Shown here in pieces: positions 20,912-29,269 of a DNA stretch of 35,254 nucleotides. Within the stretch, counting starts at the first letter, position 1. Every line of letters starts with the position of its first letter. The DNA is from Candidatus Cloacimonadota bacterium (GTDB lineage: Bacteria > Cloacimonadota > Cloacimonadia > Cloacimonadales > WRIO01): the NCBI GenBank assembly GCA_029564175.1, contig JAKQQL010000350.1:1-35254 (forward strand), given 5' to 3'. The translations under genes and the position numbers were made by a program. Below the pieces are notes generated by a model. That model ran no database searches. It was not told where the DNA came from and worked only from the letters and a program-made list of their open reading frames with translations.

Positions 20912-21375
20912 TTAAGAGCAACATCCTGGGAATTAAGTTCCGGATTTATATAAATTTTCATTTCACATGTTACAAGAATCTTATCCTCACATACTGTTTT
21001 CCCTGAAATAATAGTCATACCCATTACTGTATTTTCGATAACAATTTCCGTTATCAGCACAGATGATATTTTAGGAAGTGAATATATTTTAAGGTCTTTA
21101 ATTCCTGCAATAAAACCTATTGGTATTGCAGCAGATCTCTGCATCGCAATGTATCCGACACGTGCTGCCGCAGTCTGAGCAATATTTTCAATCATTCCGG
21201 ATTCCGATAAATATCCGTCACTTACAAATATATTATTCTTATCGACCTCAAATGACGAAACAGTTCGTGTCTCATCAGAGAAAATAAGCGCATCGATCAT
21301 GACAATCGGATCACGCTGCGGAATCAATTCTCTTATTCTGTCTTTACCAATCAGATTCTTATCAGATATTCCCAT
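20908..21375 (-). CDS. FabZ-like hotdog dehydratase (APE-type DH subunit)
   Basis: 155 aa. IRELIPQRDPIVMID matches the FabZ N-terminal motif (LPHRYPFLLVD). Confidence 0.7.
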   Translation of the reverse strand: MGISDKNLIGKDRIRELIPQRDPIVMIDALIFSDETRTVSSFEVDKNNIFVSDGYLSESGMIENIAQTAAARVGYIAMQRSAAIPIGFIAGIKDLKIYSLPKISSVLITEIVIENTVMGMTIISGKTVCEDKILVTCEMKIYINPELNSQDVALK

Positions 21376-22721
21376 AACAATCCTTTTTTATTTCTCTTGC
21401 GCATTTTCATAATTTCTTCAGAAAAATCTTCATCTGGAAAATACCACTTCTTACCGGTACTTTTCGCCCTTTCCTTAAGAGTATCAATATTTACATCTTT
21501 AGAAAGATAATAAATAGGATCAACAAGTAAATCATCTGCTGAAATTATGCCTTCACTGACAGCAATTTTCTGAAGTTCTGTTCCCGGATATATTCTCATT
21601 CCGACAAACGGGAAAAACACCGTATTGCTTATGAGTTTTGAATTTGCATAAGACTCATCAACAGTTTCATCCGTCTCGCCGATTCCAGCAAGAATGAGGA
21701 AATGAGCATAATTGATATCGAGATCACAGCATATTTTTGAAGTTTCAATAACTTCAGATACCGAAAAACTTTTTCCATATTTTTCAAGGACACGATCGGA
21801 AAGGGATTCCGTACCGAATTCAATGTGCTTTAACCCGCTTTTCTTAAAAAGCGTGAGAGTTTTTCTGTCAAGATTGCTTGGAGAAAAATATGCACCCCAT
21901 TTCATATCAATACCGCTGTCAACTATCGCTTCAGCAAGTCTGCAGTTGTAATCATTATCAATATTGAAAACGGAATCAGTAAAGAAAACATAATCTACTT
22001 GATGATCCAGTTTTAAATGAGTCATTGTTTCTATTATTCTTTCAATACTGTGAGTCCTTATATTACGTCCTTCAATAACCGGATAAGTACAGTAAACACA
22101 TCCATAAGGGCATCCGCGTTTTGTCTGAATATTCATCATTCCGCTGTACTTCCAGTAATACGGCACAAGGTCTTTTTCGTATTTTAACGGAAAATCATAA
22201 TTATTCTCAGGAATATTTCTCCTGGTACAGGAAACTGATTCATTACTGCGGTACAGCACTCCGCTAACATCGGCAATATTTCCGCCATTCTCCAGAGCAC
22301 TGATCAGTTTATAAAAGGATAATTCGCCTTCACCGGCAATGGCATAATCAGGATTTATAAAATTATACAACAGTTCAGGATAAAGAGAAAAACCTGCACC
22401 GCCGAGTATTATTACCGACTTCATACTTTTCCTGATATCAGATACAAGAGTTTTATATTCGTATATGAAGTTCTCCTGATTATAGAAATTGACATCATCA
22501 ATATTTCTCAACGATATTCCGATATAATCAGGTGCGAATTTTTTAATAGCCTCAACACAGTCGCCGTATTCAATAATATTCATATCAAATATTTGAACAT
22601 TCCACTCAGGCTGTTTTTCACGCAGATAAGATGCAATATATGATACGCCAATAGGATATACCGGATACGGCGCCTTATGCTTATTCACAGAAATAAAAGC
22701 AATTTTCAAAGGAGAATTCAT
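21351..22721 (-). CDS. B12-binding-domain radical SAM protein (class B rSAM, probable C-methyltransferase)
   Basis: CxxxCxxC cluster CPYGCVYCTYP preceded by a Rossmann-like B12-binding N-terminal domain. The ORF extends to 22793, but I place the start at M25 (22721, MNSPLKIAF, with a GGAG upstream), which avoids a 62-nt overlap with the upstream gene. Confidence 0.75.
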   Translation of the reverse strand: MNSPLKIAFISVNKHKAPYPVYPIGVSYIASYLREKQPEWNVQIFDMNIIEYGDCVEAIKKFAPDYIGISLRNIDDVNFYNQENFIYEYKTLVSDIRKSMKSVIILGGAGFSLYPELLYNFINPDYAIAGEGELSFYKLISALENGGNIADVSGVLYRSNESVSCTRRNIPENNYDFPLKYEKDLVPYYWKYSGMMNIQTKRGCPYGCVYCTYPVIEGRNIRTHSIERIIETMTHLKLDHQVDYVFFTDSVFNIDNDYNCRLAEAIVDSGIDMKWGAYFSPSNLDRKTLTLFKKSGLKHIEFGTESLSDRVLEKYGKSFSVSEVIETSKICCDLDINYAHFLILAGIGETDETVDESYANSKLISNTVFFPFVGMRIYPGTELQKIAVSEGIISADDLLVDPIYYLSKDVNIDTLKERAKSTGKKWYFPDEDFSEEIMKMRKRNKKGLLWEYLIRI

Positions 22722-22731
22722 ACTTGAAATT

Positions 22732-23622
22732 TCAACTCCAAAATTCGTAATAGTTGAACCATTGTTCAGGATACTTACTGAGTATAATTTCAAGTTCTTT
22801 TACGTATTCATCGAGAAGAAGCCCTGTTTGAATACTTCTTTCTGCTGGTGATTTGCACGATACAGGTTGTACTGGCTTTGATGCATAAAAATGGTAATGA
22901 TTAAAACCTTCTTTCATTGAAAAAACAAAAGTCACCGGAACATTGAACTTCAACGGAAGAAGAAAAGGTCCGGCAGGAAAATCAGCCTCACTTCCCAGAA
23001 ACATTTTTCTTATAGTATTCATTCCATCTACAAAACGGTCGCCATGAATACATATCAGCTCTTTATTCTGCAAAGCCTCTTTGATTTTCAACAGATGAGA
23101 AAAGTCATCACGAATAGGTATGACATTTACTGACAGATTTTTCATAACACCGGACAAATATTCTTTTATTCGACGATGTTCCGCATCAAGCATTACGACG
23201 TTTATTTTGGAATCAATCCTGTTCAGCATGCTTCCGGCAACGTCCCAATTACCTGCATGCGCACCAATCAGAAATCCGCCTACACCATTTTTCGCCATAT
23301 CATGAAGATACTCTTCACCGTCCATATCAAAAGTGAATGATTGGTTCTGCCCCGATAAAATAGCAATTTTATCAATTATTGACTGACCGAGATAATTATA
23401 ATTGCGCCATACAGATATAAAAGATTTCAATCTCCCGAATTTCTTTCTTTTCGAAAAATATCCGTATATCGATCTGAAGGCTTTTGGCGAAAAAAACATA
23501 AAATACAGAACAACAAAATTAAGTACAAAATATACTATCCGCAAATGAAAGACGGAAATCAAAAAGACAAATATTGTGTATCCGAATACTCCGCCTCGCG
23601 TTTTACCTTCCCAACGAGCCAC
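22732..23622 (-). CDS. LpxL/HtrB-family lysophospholipid (lipid A-type) acyltransferase
   Basis: 296 aa with an N-terminal TM and the fold and length of lauroyl/myristoyl acyltransferases. Typical component of APE and flexirubin clusters. Confidence 0.7.
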   Translation of the reverse strand: MARWEGKTRGGVFGYTIFVFLISVFHLRIVYFVLNFVVLYFMFFSPKAFRSIYGYFSKRKKFGRLKSFISVWRNYNYLGQSIIDKIAILSGQNQSFTFDMDGEEYLHDMAKNGVGGFLIGAHAGNWDVAGSMLNRIDSKINVVMLDAEHRRIKEYLSGVMKNLSVNVIPIRDDFSHLLKIKEALQNKELICIHGDRFVDGMNTIRKMFLGSEADFPAGPFLLPLKFNVPVTFVFSMKEGFNHYHFYASKPVQPVSCKSPAERSIQTGLLLDEYVKELEIILSKYPEQWFNYYEFWS

Positions 23623-23625
23623 TAA

Positions 23626-23868
23626 TCACTTAGCCCGGGCAGTTACATAATCATAAAAATCATTAAGATTCTTAATACCACCCATTTCCTCATTAACCAC
23701 CTTGAAACCGAAATTCTTTTCAATTAAAACAACAAGATCAACAAGATCAAGTGAATCAATCCCAAGCGTCTCAATAATATTTCCGGTAGGATCGATTACC
23801 GCTTCTTCAATCTCAAATTCTTCAATTAAGATCTGATTAATCTTTTTTACAACTTCTTCACGTGTCAT
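23626..23868 (-). CDS. Acyl carrier protein
   Basis: 80 aa with LGIDSLDLVDL phosphopantetheine site. Confidence 0.85.
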   Translation of the reverse strand: MTREEVVKKINQILIEEFEIEEAVIDPTGNIIETLGIDSLDLVDLVVLIEKNFGFKVVNEEMGGIKNLNDFYDYVTARAK

Positions 23869-23892
23869 TTGAACCTCATATAATTTTGACTT

Positions 23893-25131
23893 TTACTCAA
23901 AGTTTTTTGCTATCAATGTAGCATTTGTTCCGCCGAAACCGAAAGAATTCGACAACAAATAATCAATTTTTTTGCTCACTCTTTTATTAGGTATATTAAG
24001 TTTCGAACTGCTTTCATCACCTTCTGTAAAATTAATGTTTGGCGCTATAAAAGAATTTTTCATCATGATGATCGAGTAAATAAGCTCGCTTGCTCCGGCC
24101 ATCCAGCACTCATGCCCGGTCTGGGATTTTGTTGACGTCACATACGGCTTATATTTCCCGAAAACTTCAGCAAGTGCCTCAGCTTCATTCTTATCGCCGA
24201 CTGGCGTTGAAGTCGCATGGGCATTGACATAATCAATTTTATCAACGTCAATACCGGCATCATCAAAAGCCATTCTAAGTGATCTGACAGGCCCGTCTAC
24301 GTTTGGTACTGAAATATGCTCTCCGTTTGAAGAAAAACCATATCCAATCAATTCAGCAATAATATTAGCGCCCCTTCTGACAGCGCTTTCGTAACTTTCG
24401 ATAATAATTGTTGCAGCACCGCCGCTCGGAACAAGTCCGTCTCTTGTTTTATCAAAAGGACGCGATGCTTCATGCGGGGATGATTCCAATAATGAAAAAG
24501 CGCTCAAAGCATCAAAGCTTCCCATTGAGTAAGCATTAACTTCCTGAGCACCTCCGCAGATAATCATACTCTGCAGACCGTTTTTAATAAGAAAATATCC
24601 AAGACCTATTGCATGCGATCCGCTCGCGCATGCTCCACTTACCGTACAATTAATTCCTTTAAGCTTGTATATTACAGCCAGATTCATTGTTACTGTCGAG
24701 TTCATTCCCTGAAAAATAGATCCTGATCCGATCAGAGTAGTATCCTTTTTTTCTCTGACAATATCAACAGATTCAATAACAGCTTTTGCAGAACTGTCAT
24801 TTCCGTAGAGAATCCCGACTTCATTTTTCTCGAGATAATCCATATCGATATCAGCCATCTTCAAAGCTTCTTCAGTTGCTACATAGGCATATTCGCCCTG
24901 TTCTGCAAGTCCGATTCTCATTCTTCTTGGCAAAACGCCTTTCAGATCCGGACGTTCGACAATTCCGGTAAGTGATGATCTGAAACCGATCTCTTTGCGC
25001 TCAGGATCAATTCCGATACCGGATTTTCCGTCATAAAGTGATTGTTTTACTTCATCTACATTTTTACCGATACATGAATAAATTCCCATGCCGGTTATTA
25101 CAACTCTGTTCATGTTTTTACCCGAGATCAA
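23893..25131 (-). CDS. β-ketoacyl-ACP synthase II (FabF-like)
   Basis: 412 aa. GACASG (Cys), NAHATSTPVGD (His-His) and SNSFGFGGTN motifs. Confidence 0.85.
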   Translation of the reverse strand: MISGKNMNRVVITGMGIYSCIGKNVDEVKQSLYDGKSGIGIDPERKEIGFRSSLTGIVERPDLKGVLPRRMRIGLAEQGEYAYVATEEALKMADIDMDYLEKNEVGILYGNDSSAKAVIESVDIVREKKDTTLIGSGSIFQGMNSTVTMNLAVIYKLKGINCTVSGACASGSHAIGLGYFLIKNGLQSMIICGGAQEVNAYSMGSFDALSAFSLLESSPHEASRPFDKTRDGLVPSGGAATIIIESYESAVRRGANIIAELIGYGFSSNGEHISVPNVDGPVRSLRMAFDDAGIDVDKIDYVNAHATSTPVGDKNEAEALAEVFGKYKPYVTSTKSQTGHECWMAGASELIYSIIMMKNSFIAPNINFTEGDESSSKLNIPNKRVSKKIDYLLSNSFGFGGTNATLIAKNFE

Positions 25132-25856
25132 AATATTCCGCCGTTAATAGATAAAACTTCTCCAGTTATATATGAAGATTTCTCAGATGCAAAAAAAGCT
25201 ACAGCGTCCGCAACCTCTTCCGGTGTACCGAAACGCTGCATTGGAATAATATGTTTTAAATCTTTTTCGTTGAGATTTTTTGTCATATCCGAATGTATAA
25301 AGCCGGGGGCGACTGCATTTACAGTAACATTCTTTTTAGCAATCTCCTGTGCAAGAGAACGCGTCGCAGCAATTACTCCGCCTTTTGAAGCAGAATAGTT
25401 TGACTGTCCTGCCACACCTTTTAATCCTGATAAGGAAACAACATTTACAATACGCCCGTATCTGTTGGAAAGCATTCCTTTCAATAAAACACGAGTCACA
25501 TAGAAAAATCCGTTAAGATTTGTATTTATGACATCATCCCATTCTTCGGTTTTCATCCACAGCATAAGATTATCTCTTGTAATGCCTGCATTATTGATAA
25601 GAATATCAATTCTGCTGTCCGGATTCGAATCGATCCATGAATTAAGAGAGTTTTCAACATCAATGCGTTTTGACACATCGAATTTTAAAAGATCAGTCGT
25701 TCCGCCTATTTCTGAAATCATGGAAACAGTTTTTTCCGCTTCAACATCATTGGATCTGTAATTAATTATTACATGATATCCCATTTTCGCAATAGCAATT
25801 GATATTGCCCTGCCGATACCGTTTGAACCGCCTGTAACAAGAGCGCACTTTCTCAT
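25128..25856 (-). CDS. 3-oxoacyl-ACP reductase (SDR, FabG-like)
   Basis: 242 aa. TGGSNGIGRAI cofactor motif and the Y-x3-K catalytic dyad (YSASK). Confidence 0.85.
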   Translation of the reverse strand: MRKCALVTGGSNGIGRAISIAIAKMGYHVIINYRSNDVEAEKTVSMISEIGGTTDLLKFDVSKRIDVENSLNSWIDSNPDSRIDILINNAGITRDNLMLWMKTEEWDDVINTNLNGFFYVTRVLLKGMLSNRYGRIVNVVSLSGLKGVAGQSNYSASKGGVIAATRSLAQEIAKKNVTVNAVAPGFIHSDMTKNLNEKDLKHIIPMQRFGTPEEVADAVAFFASEKSSYITGEVLSINGGIF

Positions 25857-27418
25857 ATAAACATTTCCCCCGCTTCAGGAAAGACACTTAAAAGATATGA
25901 TTTCATAGCTTCTATACTTTTATACTTCGGAGTATCCTCAACAAATACCGGTACAACCTTTCTCAAGTCAGAAAAAATCTTTTTATTAAATGGAGAAAGT
26001 TTATCCTTATTTTTAAGATATTCAATAGATTGAATTAAAGCAATAAACTCTATTGATAAAACTTCATAACTGTTATCAATAATCTTTTTTGCTATTAATG
26101 CGGAATTTGTTCCCATACTGACAATATCCTGATTATCATTATTATTCGGTATAGTATGAAGGTACATCGGATATGAAAGAGTCTGATTTTCTGCAGCAGT
26201 TGATACCGCCGTAAATTGAACTCCCTGCATCCCAAGATTAAGACCGAGCGTGCCGAGATTTACAAAAGGCGGAATCTTTTTATTGAGATTGCTGTTCATG
26301 AGATAATTAATATGTCTCTCGGAAAGAAGTGAAAGCTTGGCAATTGCAATTTTTAATTTATCCATCTCAAGCGAAACATAATCACCATGAAAATTACCGC
26401 CGTGAAAAACATTTGAGTTTTCAACATCAACAATCGGATTATCGCTTACAGACTCAAACTCACCAAGCACTATTGATTCAGCGTAACGTATGGTATCAAG
26501 CACCGGACCTAAAATCTGCGGAACACAGCGGATAGAATAATATTCCTGAACTTTTTCTTCCAGTATTTCATCTACAATTTTTTTTTCATAAAGATGTTCA
26601 GATCTTTTTTTAATTAAAGCGCTTCCCTTGAGAATTGATGATATCGCTGATGCAACATCTCTTTGACCTTTATGATGTTTTACCCTGTTCAACTCATCAG
26701 AAAAATAATCGTCATAAGATGCTACAATTTCTCCAAGCATCGATGAAGCGATTATCATCCAGTTAAGAATATTTTTAGCATATATGAGATTTACTATACC
26801 GATACCGGTCATCACAGAAGTACCGTTAATAAGAGAAAGCCCTTCTCTAATATGCATTTTAATCGGTTTTAATCCAAAAGTTTTAAAAACCTCTGATGTT
26901 GATTTACGTTCACCTTCATAAAAAACTTCACCTTCACCTATCATAACAAGAGCAAGATGTGCAAGCTGAACAAGGTCGCCGCTTGCACCGACACCTCCAT
27001 GCTCAGGAATGAACGGAATAATATTTTTATTTATAAGTTCAGTTAAAAGCTCAAGAGCTTCAATGTGTATTCCGGAAAATCCTTTTGAAAGAGAACTCAG
27101 TCTGGCGATCATCGCAGCTTTAACACAAATAGAATCGATTGGATTACCGCAGCCGGCACTGTGACTTCTTATCAAATTATACTGAAGACTATTCAAATCA
27201 CTATTGTTAATCCGGTATTGAGTCATAGGACCAAGTCCGGTATTAATTCCATAAATCAGTTTATCCTGAGCAAATTTCTCAAGAAAACTATATGAAGATC
27301 TTACTTTTTCCAAAGCTTCGACGCCAACAGATATCTTGGAATCATTTAATATTATATTTCTCAAAGACAAAAGGGAAACTTCATCACCAGTCAAATCAAA
27401 CATGATAAAACATCTCAT
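25853..27418 (-). CDS. Aromatic amino-acid ammonia-lyase (MIO-dependent HAL/TAL family, probable tyrosine ammonia-lyase)
   Basis: 521 aa with the Ala-Ser-Gly MIO-forming triad in GGVGASGDL. First gene of the operon. Possible alternative start at M6 (27403). Confidence 0.85.
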   Translation of the reverse strand: MRCFIMFDLTGDEVSLLSLRNIILNDSKISVGVEALEKVRSSYSFLEKFAQDKLIYGINTGLGPMTQYRINNSDLNSLQYNLIRSHSAGCGNPIDSICVKAAMIARLSSLSKGFSGIHIEALELLTELINKNIIPFIPEHGGVGASGDLVQLAHLALVMIGEGEVFYEGERKSTSEVFKTFGLKPIKMHIREGLSLINGTSVMTGIGIVNLIYAKNILNWMIIASSMLGEIVASYDDYFSDELNRVKHHKGQRDVASAISSILKGSALIKKRSEHLYEKKIVDEILEEKVQEYYSIRCVPQILGPVLDTIRYAESIVLGEFESVSDNPIVDVENSNVFHGGNFHGDYVSLEMDKLKIAIAKLSLLSERHINYLMNSNLNKKIPPFVNLGTLGLNLGMQGVQFTAVSTAAENQTLSYPMYLHTIPNNNDNQDIVSMGTNSALIAKKIIDNSYEVLSIEFIALIQSIEYLKNKDKLSPFNKKIFSDLRKVVPVFVEDTPKYKSIEAMKSYLLSVFPEAGEMFI

Positions 27419-27689
27419 AAAAAATTAATTATTAATCGCAAATTCATCAAAAATCACAAAAAGCAGATGGAATTACAAAATCAGAAAGAAATATTGCATT
27501 CTATTTACTATAAACTCTTATATTATGTAAATCTTCATGATTGCCACAATATATGAGTTTGAAAACTCTACTTCTAAGTCAATCATTTTTTATTTGCATT
27601 AATTAACTTTAAATCTGCTTACACTTACTTGGCTACAGAAATAAAATTATGTTCAGTATTTAATTAAGTCAAGACCAACAGCTTAGCAG

Positions 27690-28390
27690 GTCGCTTGAAC
27701 AAACCCGATAAGGGTTATTACTGGCAAGGCTAAAGCCCTCTGAACAGCTTCCAACCGCATGAATTCTCAGGCTACCCCTAAAGGGGTCTAGATTTTGCCT
27801 TTATTTGCCGGCTCACCCGTAAACGGGTCAGTAAATTCTTTTAACGAAAGTTGATCAGACATCACATCTTCCTGCAACTGGTTTCGTACATACTCCGCAA
27901 TACGACGTTCGTTCTTTCCGACCGTATCAACAAAATATCCACGGCACCAGAAATGCCGATTCCAATACTTATATTTCAAATTCGCATGTCGATCAAAAAT
28001 CATCAAACTGCTTTTACCTTTAAGATATCCCATAATTTCCGAAACACTGTACTTCGGAGGTATTTCAAGCAACATATGGATATGATCTGAACATGCCTCT
28101 GCTTCCAATATTTTAACCCCTTTTCTTTCTCAAAGAGTTCTCAATATTTCTCCGATATCTTTCTTTATTTGACGATTGATTATCTGCCTTCTGTATTTTA
28201 CGGCAAAAACAATATGGTACTTGCAATTCCAACTGGTGTGCGCTAATGTATTTTTATCCATTCGGATAAACATCCTCTGTCTTTTTGGTTTTGGTTGGTA
28301 GCCATAACCATTCTGACTCAGGAGGTTTTTTTATCTACTCATAGCTAAAGCTTTTTTAGAACCACCTGCAGAGCAGGTGGTTTTCATTTC
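27690..28390 (-). mobile_element. IS200-like (IS200/IS605 family) insertion sequence, about 700 bp, carrying a disrupted tnpA
   Basis: A Y1 HUH transposase gene is flanked by a perfect stem-loop about 105 nt upstream of the start (ccacctgc-aga-gcaggtgg, 28362-28380, extendable to 28358-28384). Sub-terminal hairpins lie just after the stop (acccc-taaa-ggggt at 27774-27787, plus others down to about 27700). The boundaries are approximate. Confidence 0.45.
27788..28261 (-). pseudogene. tnpA: IS200-type Y1 (HUH) transposase TnpA interrupted by an in-frame TGA
   Basis: The translation reads MDKNTLAHTSWNCKYHIVFAVKYRRQIINRQIKKDIGEILRTL*ERKGVKILEAEACSDHIHMLLEIPPKYS...YWNRHFWCRGYFVDTVG... The HxH motif and catalytic-Tyr region are present. 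The TGA at 28130-28132 sits where a Cys codon is expected. TGA is a genuine stop in neighbouring genes. Confidence 0.7.
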
Positions 28391-28398
28391 ACAAATAG

Positions 28399-28434
28399 AT
28401 AGATGCAGCATTTATCAGACTGCTGCATCTATTA
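28399..28434. terminator. Perfect 12-bp stem-loop followed by a T-rich tract
   Basis: The arms atagatgcagca and tgctgcatctat flank a 10-nt loop, followed by tagtattttatt. It lies just 3' of the 28443..29051 gene and next to the IS left end. Confidence 0.45.
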
Positions 28435-28442
28435 GTATTTTA

Positions 28443-29051
28443 TTACGGTTTCACAGATGCGTCTTTAATAGTTCGGAACCAGAAATTACGGAATCCGAAG
28501 CCTCCAGCATCATTAACTTGACGTTTTGAAGATATCACCTCGCGAGTTGCTATGTCGAAATATACAACATAAATAGAACCTGCTTTTTCTATCTTATTAA
28601 AACAATCTGCTATGAAAACCAGACCCATGCCGCTTTTGGATTTGAGCGTATATCCTTTAACCTGTTTTGCAATTGCTTCATTTGAAATATTAGATTTTTT
28701 TGTTGAATCATCCGGTCCTGGAAAAGGTTTAATCTGTGTTTTAGATGCCTTTTTATTTACTTCAAATACACCTTCAACATCAACCTCAATTTTCTTGTCA
28801 ATTTCAGACGAGATTTTTTTCAATCTTTCTTTGACAAATAGATTATTCCATTTATCAAGCATGCCGGGAAAAATTTCATCAGGATTATTAAAATCCGGGC
28901 CAGCCATTTTAACTAATGAAAAATCTATACCAACCCATATTATTGAATCAACAGCGCTCAATGGACTTTTATCTTTACCGAAGCCAAGACCTGAAACAAC
29001 AACTGCAATAAAGACAATAGCCGTGTTAAAAAATTTTTTTTTCATAACCAC
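28443..29051 (-). CDS. Hypothetical secreted protein (signal peptide, Lys-rich)
   Basis: 202 aa with N-terminal hydrophobic leader. The antisense 148-aa ORF (28612..29058) is Ser/Leu/Thr/Pro-rich and judged spurious. Confidence 0.55.
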   Translation of the reverse strand: MVMKKKFFNTAIVFIAVVVSGLGFGKDKSPLSAVDSIIWVGIDFSLVKMAGPDFNNPDEIFPGMLDKWNNLFVKERLKKISSEIDKKIEVDVEGVFEVNKKASKTQIKPFPGPDDSTKKSNISNEAIAKQVKGYTLKSKSGMGLVFIADCFNKIEKAGSIYVVYFDIATREVISSKRQVNDAGGFGFRNFWFRTIKDASVKP

Positions 29052-29269
29052 TCCATAATTTTTTTTAGCTAAACTGAAATAAATTCAATTATTAAACAAT
29101 ATTTCAAGCATTTTTCAGGCAAAAGTTCAAACTTTTTTTGAGTTTTAAAACAACTTCAGCTTAATTACCTTACCTTATTACGCGCAATCCTCTCTCCAGC
29201 AATTCAAACAGATCAAAAGATTTAACCGGATATTTTTCCTTATTACACAATTTTTTAGGCAAAGTCTCC

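Noticed and set aside
25853-27418. Ser-His dyad (S85-H86, 60 residues before the ASG triad) looks HAL-like rather than the His-Leu of characterised TALs, which could imply a non-tyrosine starter
   Set aside because: As far as I recall, Bacteroidetes flexirubin-cluster tyrosine ammonia-lyases carry the same LIRSHS context. The dyad therefore does not reliably predict histidine specificity here, and the genomic context favours TAL.
28130-28132. TGA in tnpA as a reassigned sense codon (code 4 or 25) or selenocysteine
   Set aside because: Several neighbouring genes (e.g. the KS ending at 19351 and the thioesterase ending at 20474) terminate at TGA in conserved positions. No SECIS-like context is seen. 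A nonsense mutation or sequencing error is more parsimonious.
28612-29058. 148-aa plus-strand ORF
   Set aside because: It is antisense to the better-supported secreted-protein gene (signal peptide, genome-typical Lys-rich composition). It is Ser/Thr/Leu/Pro-rich, typical of antisense noise.
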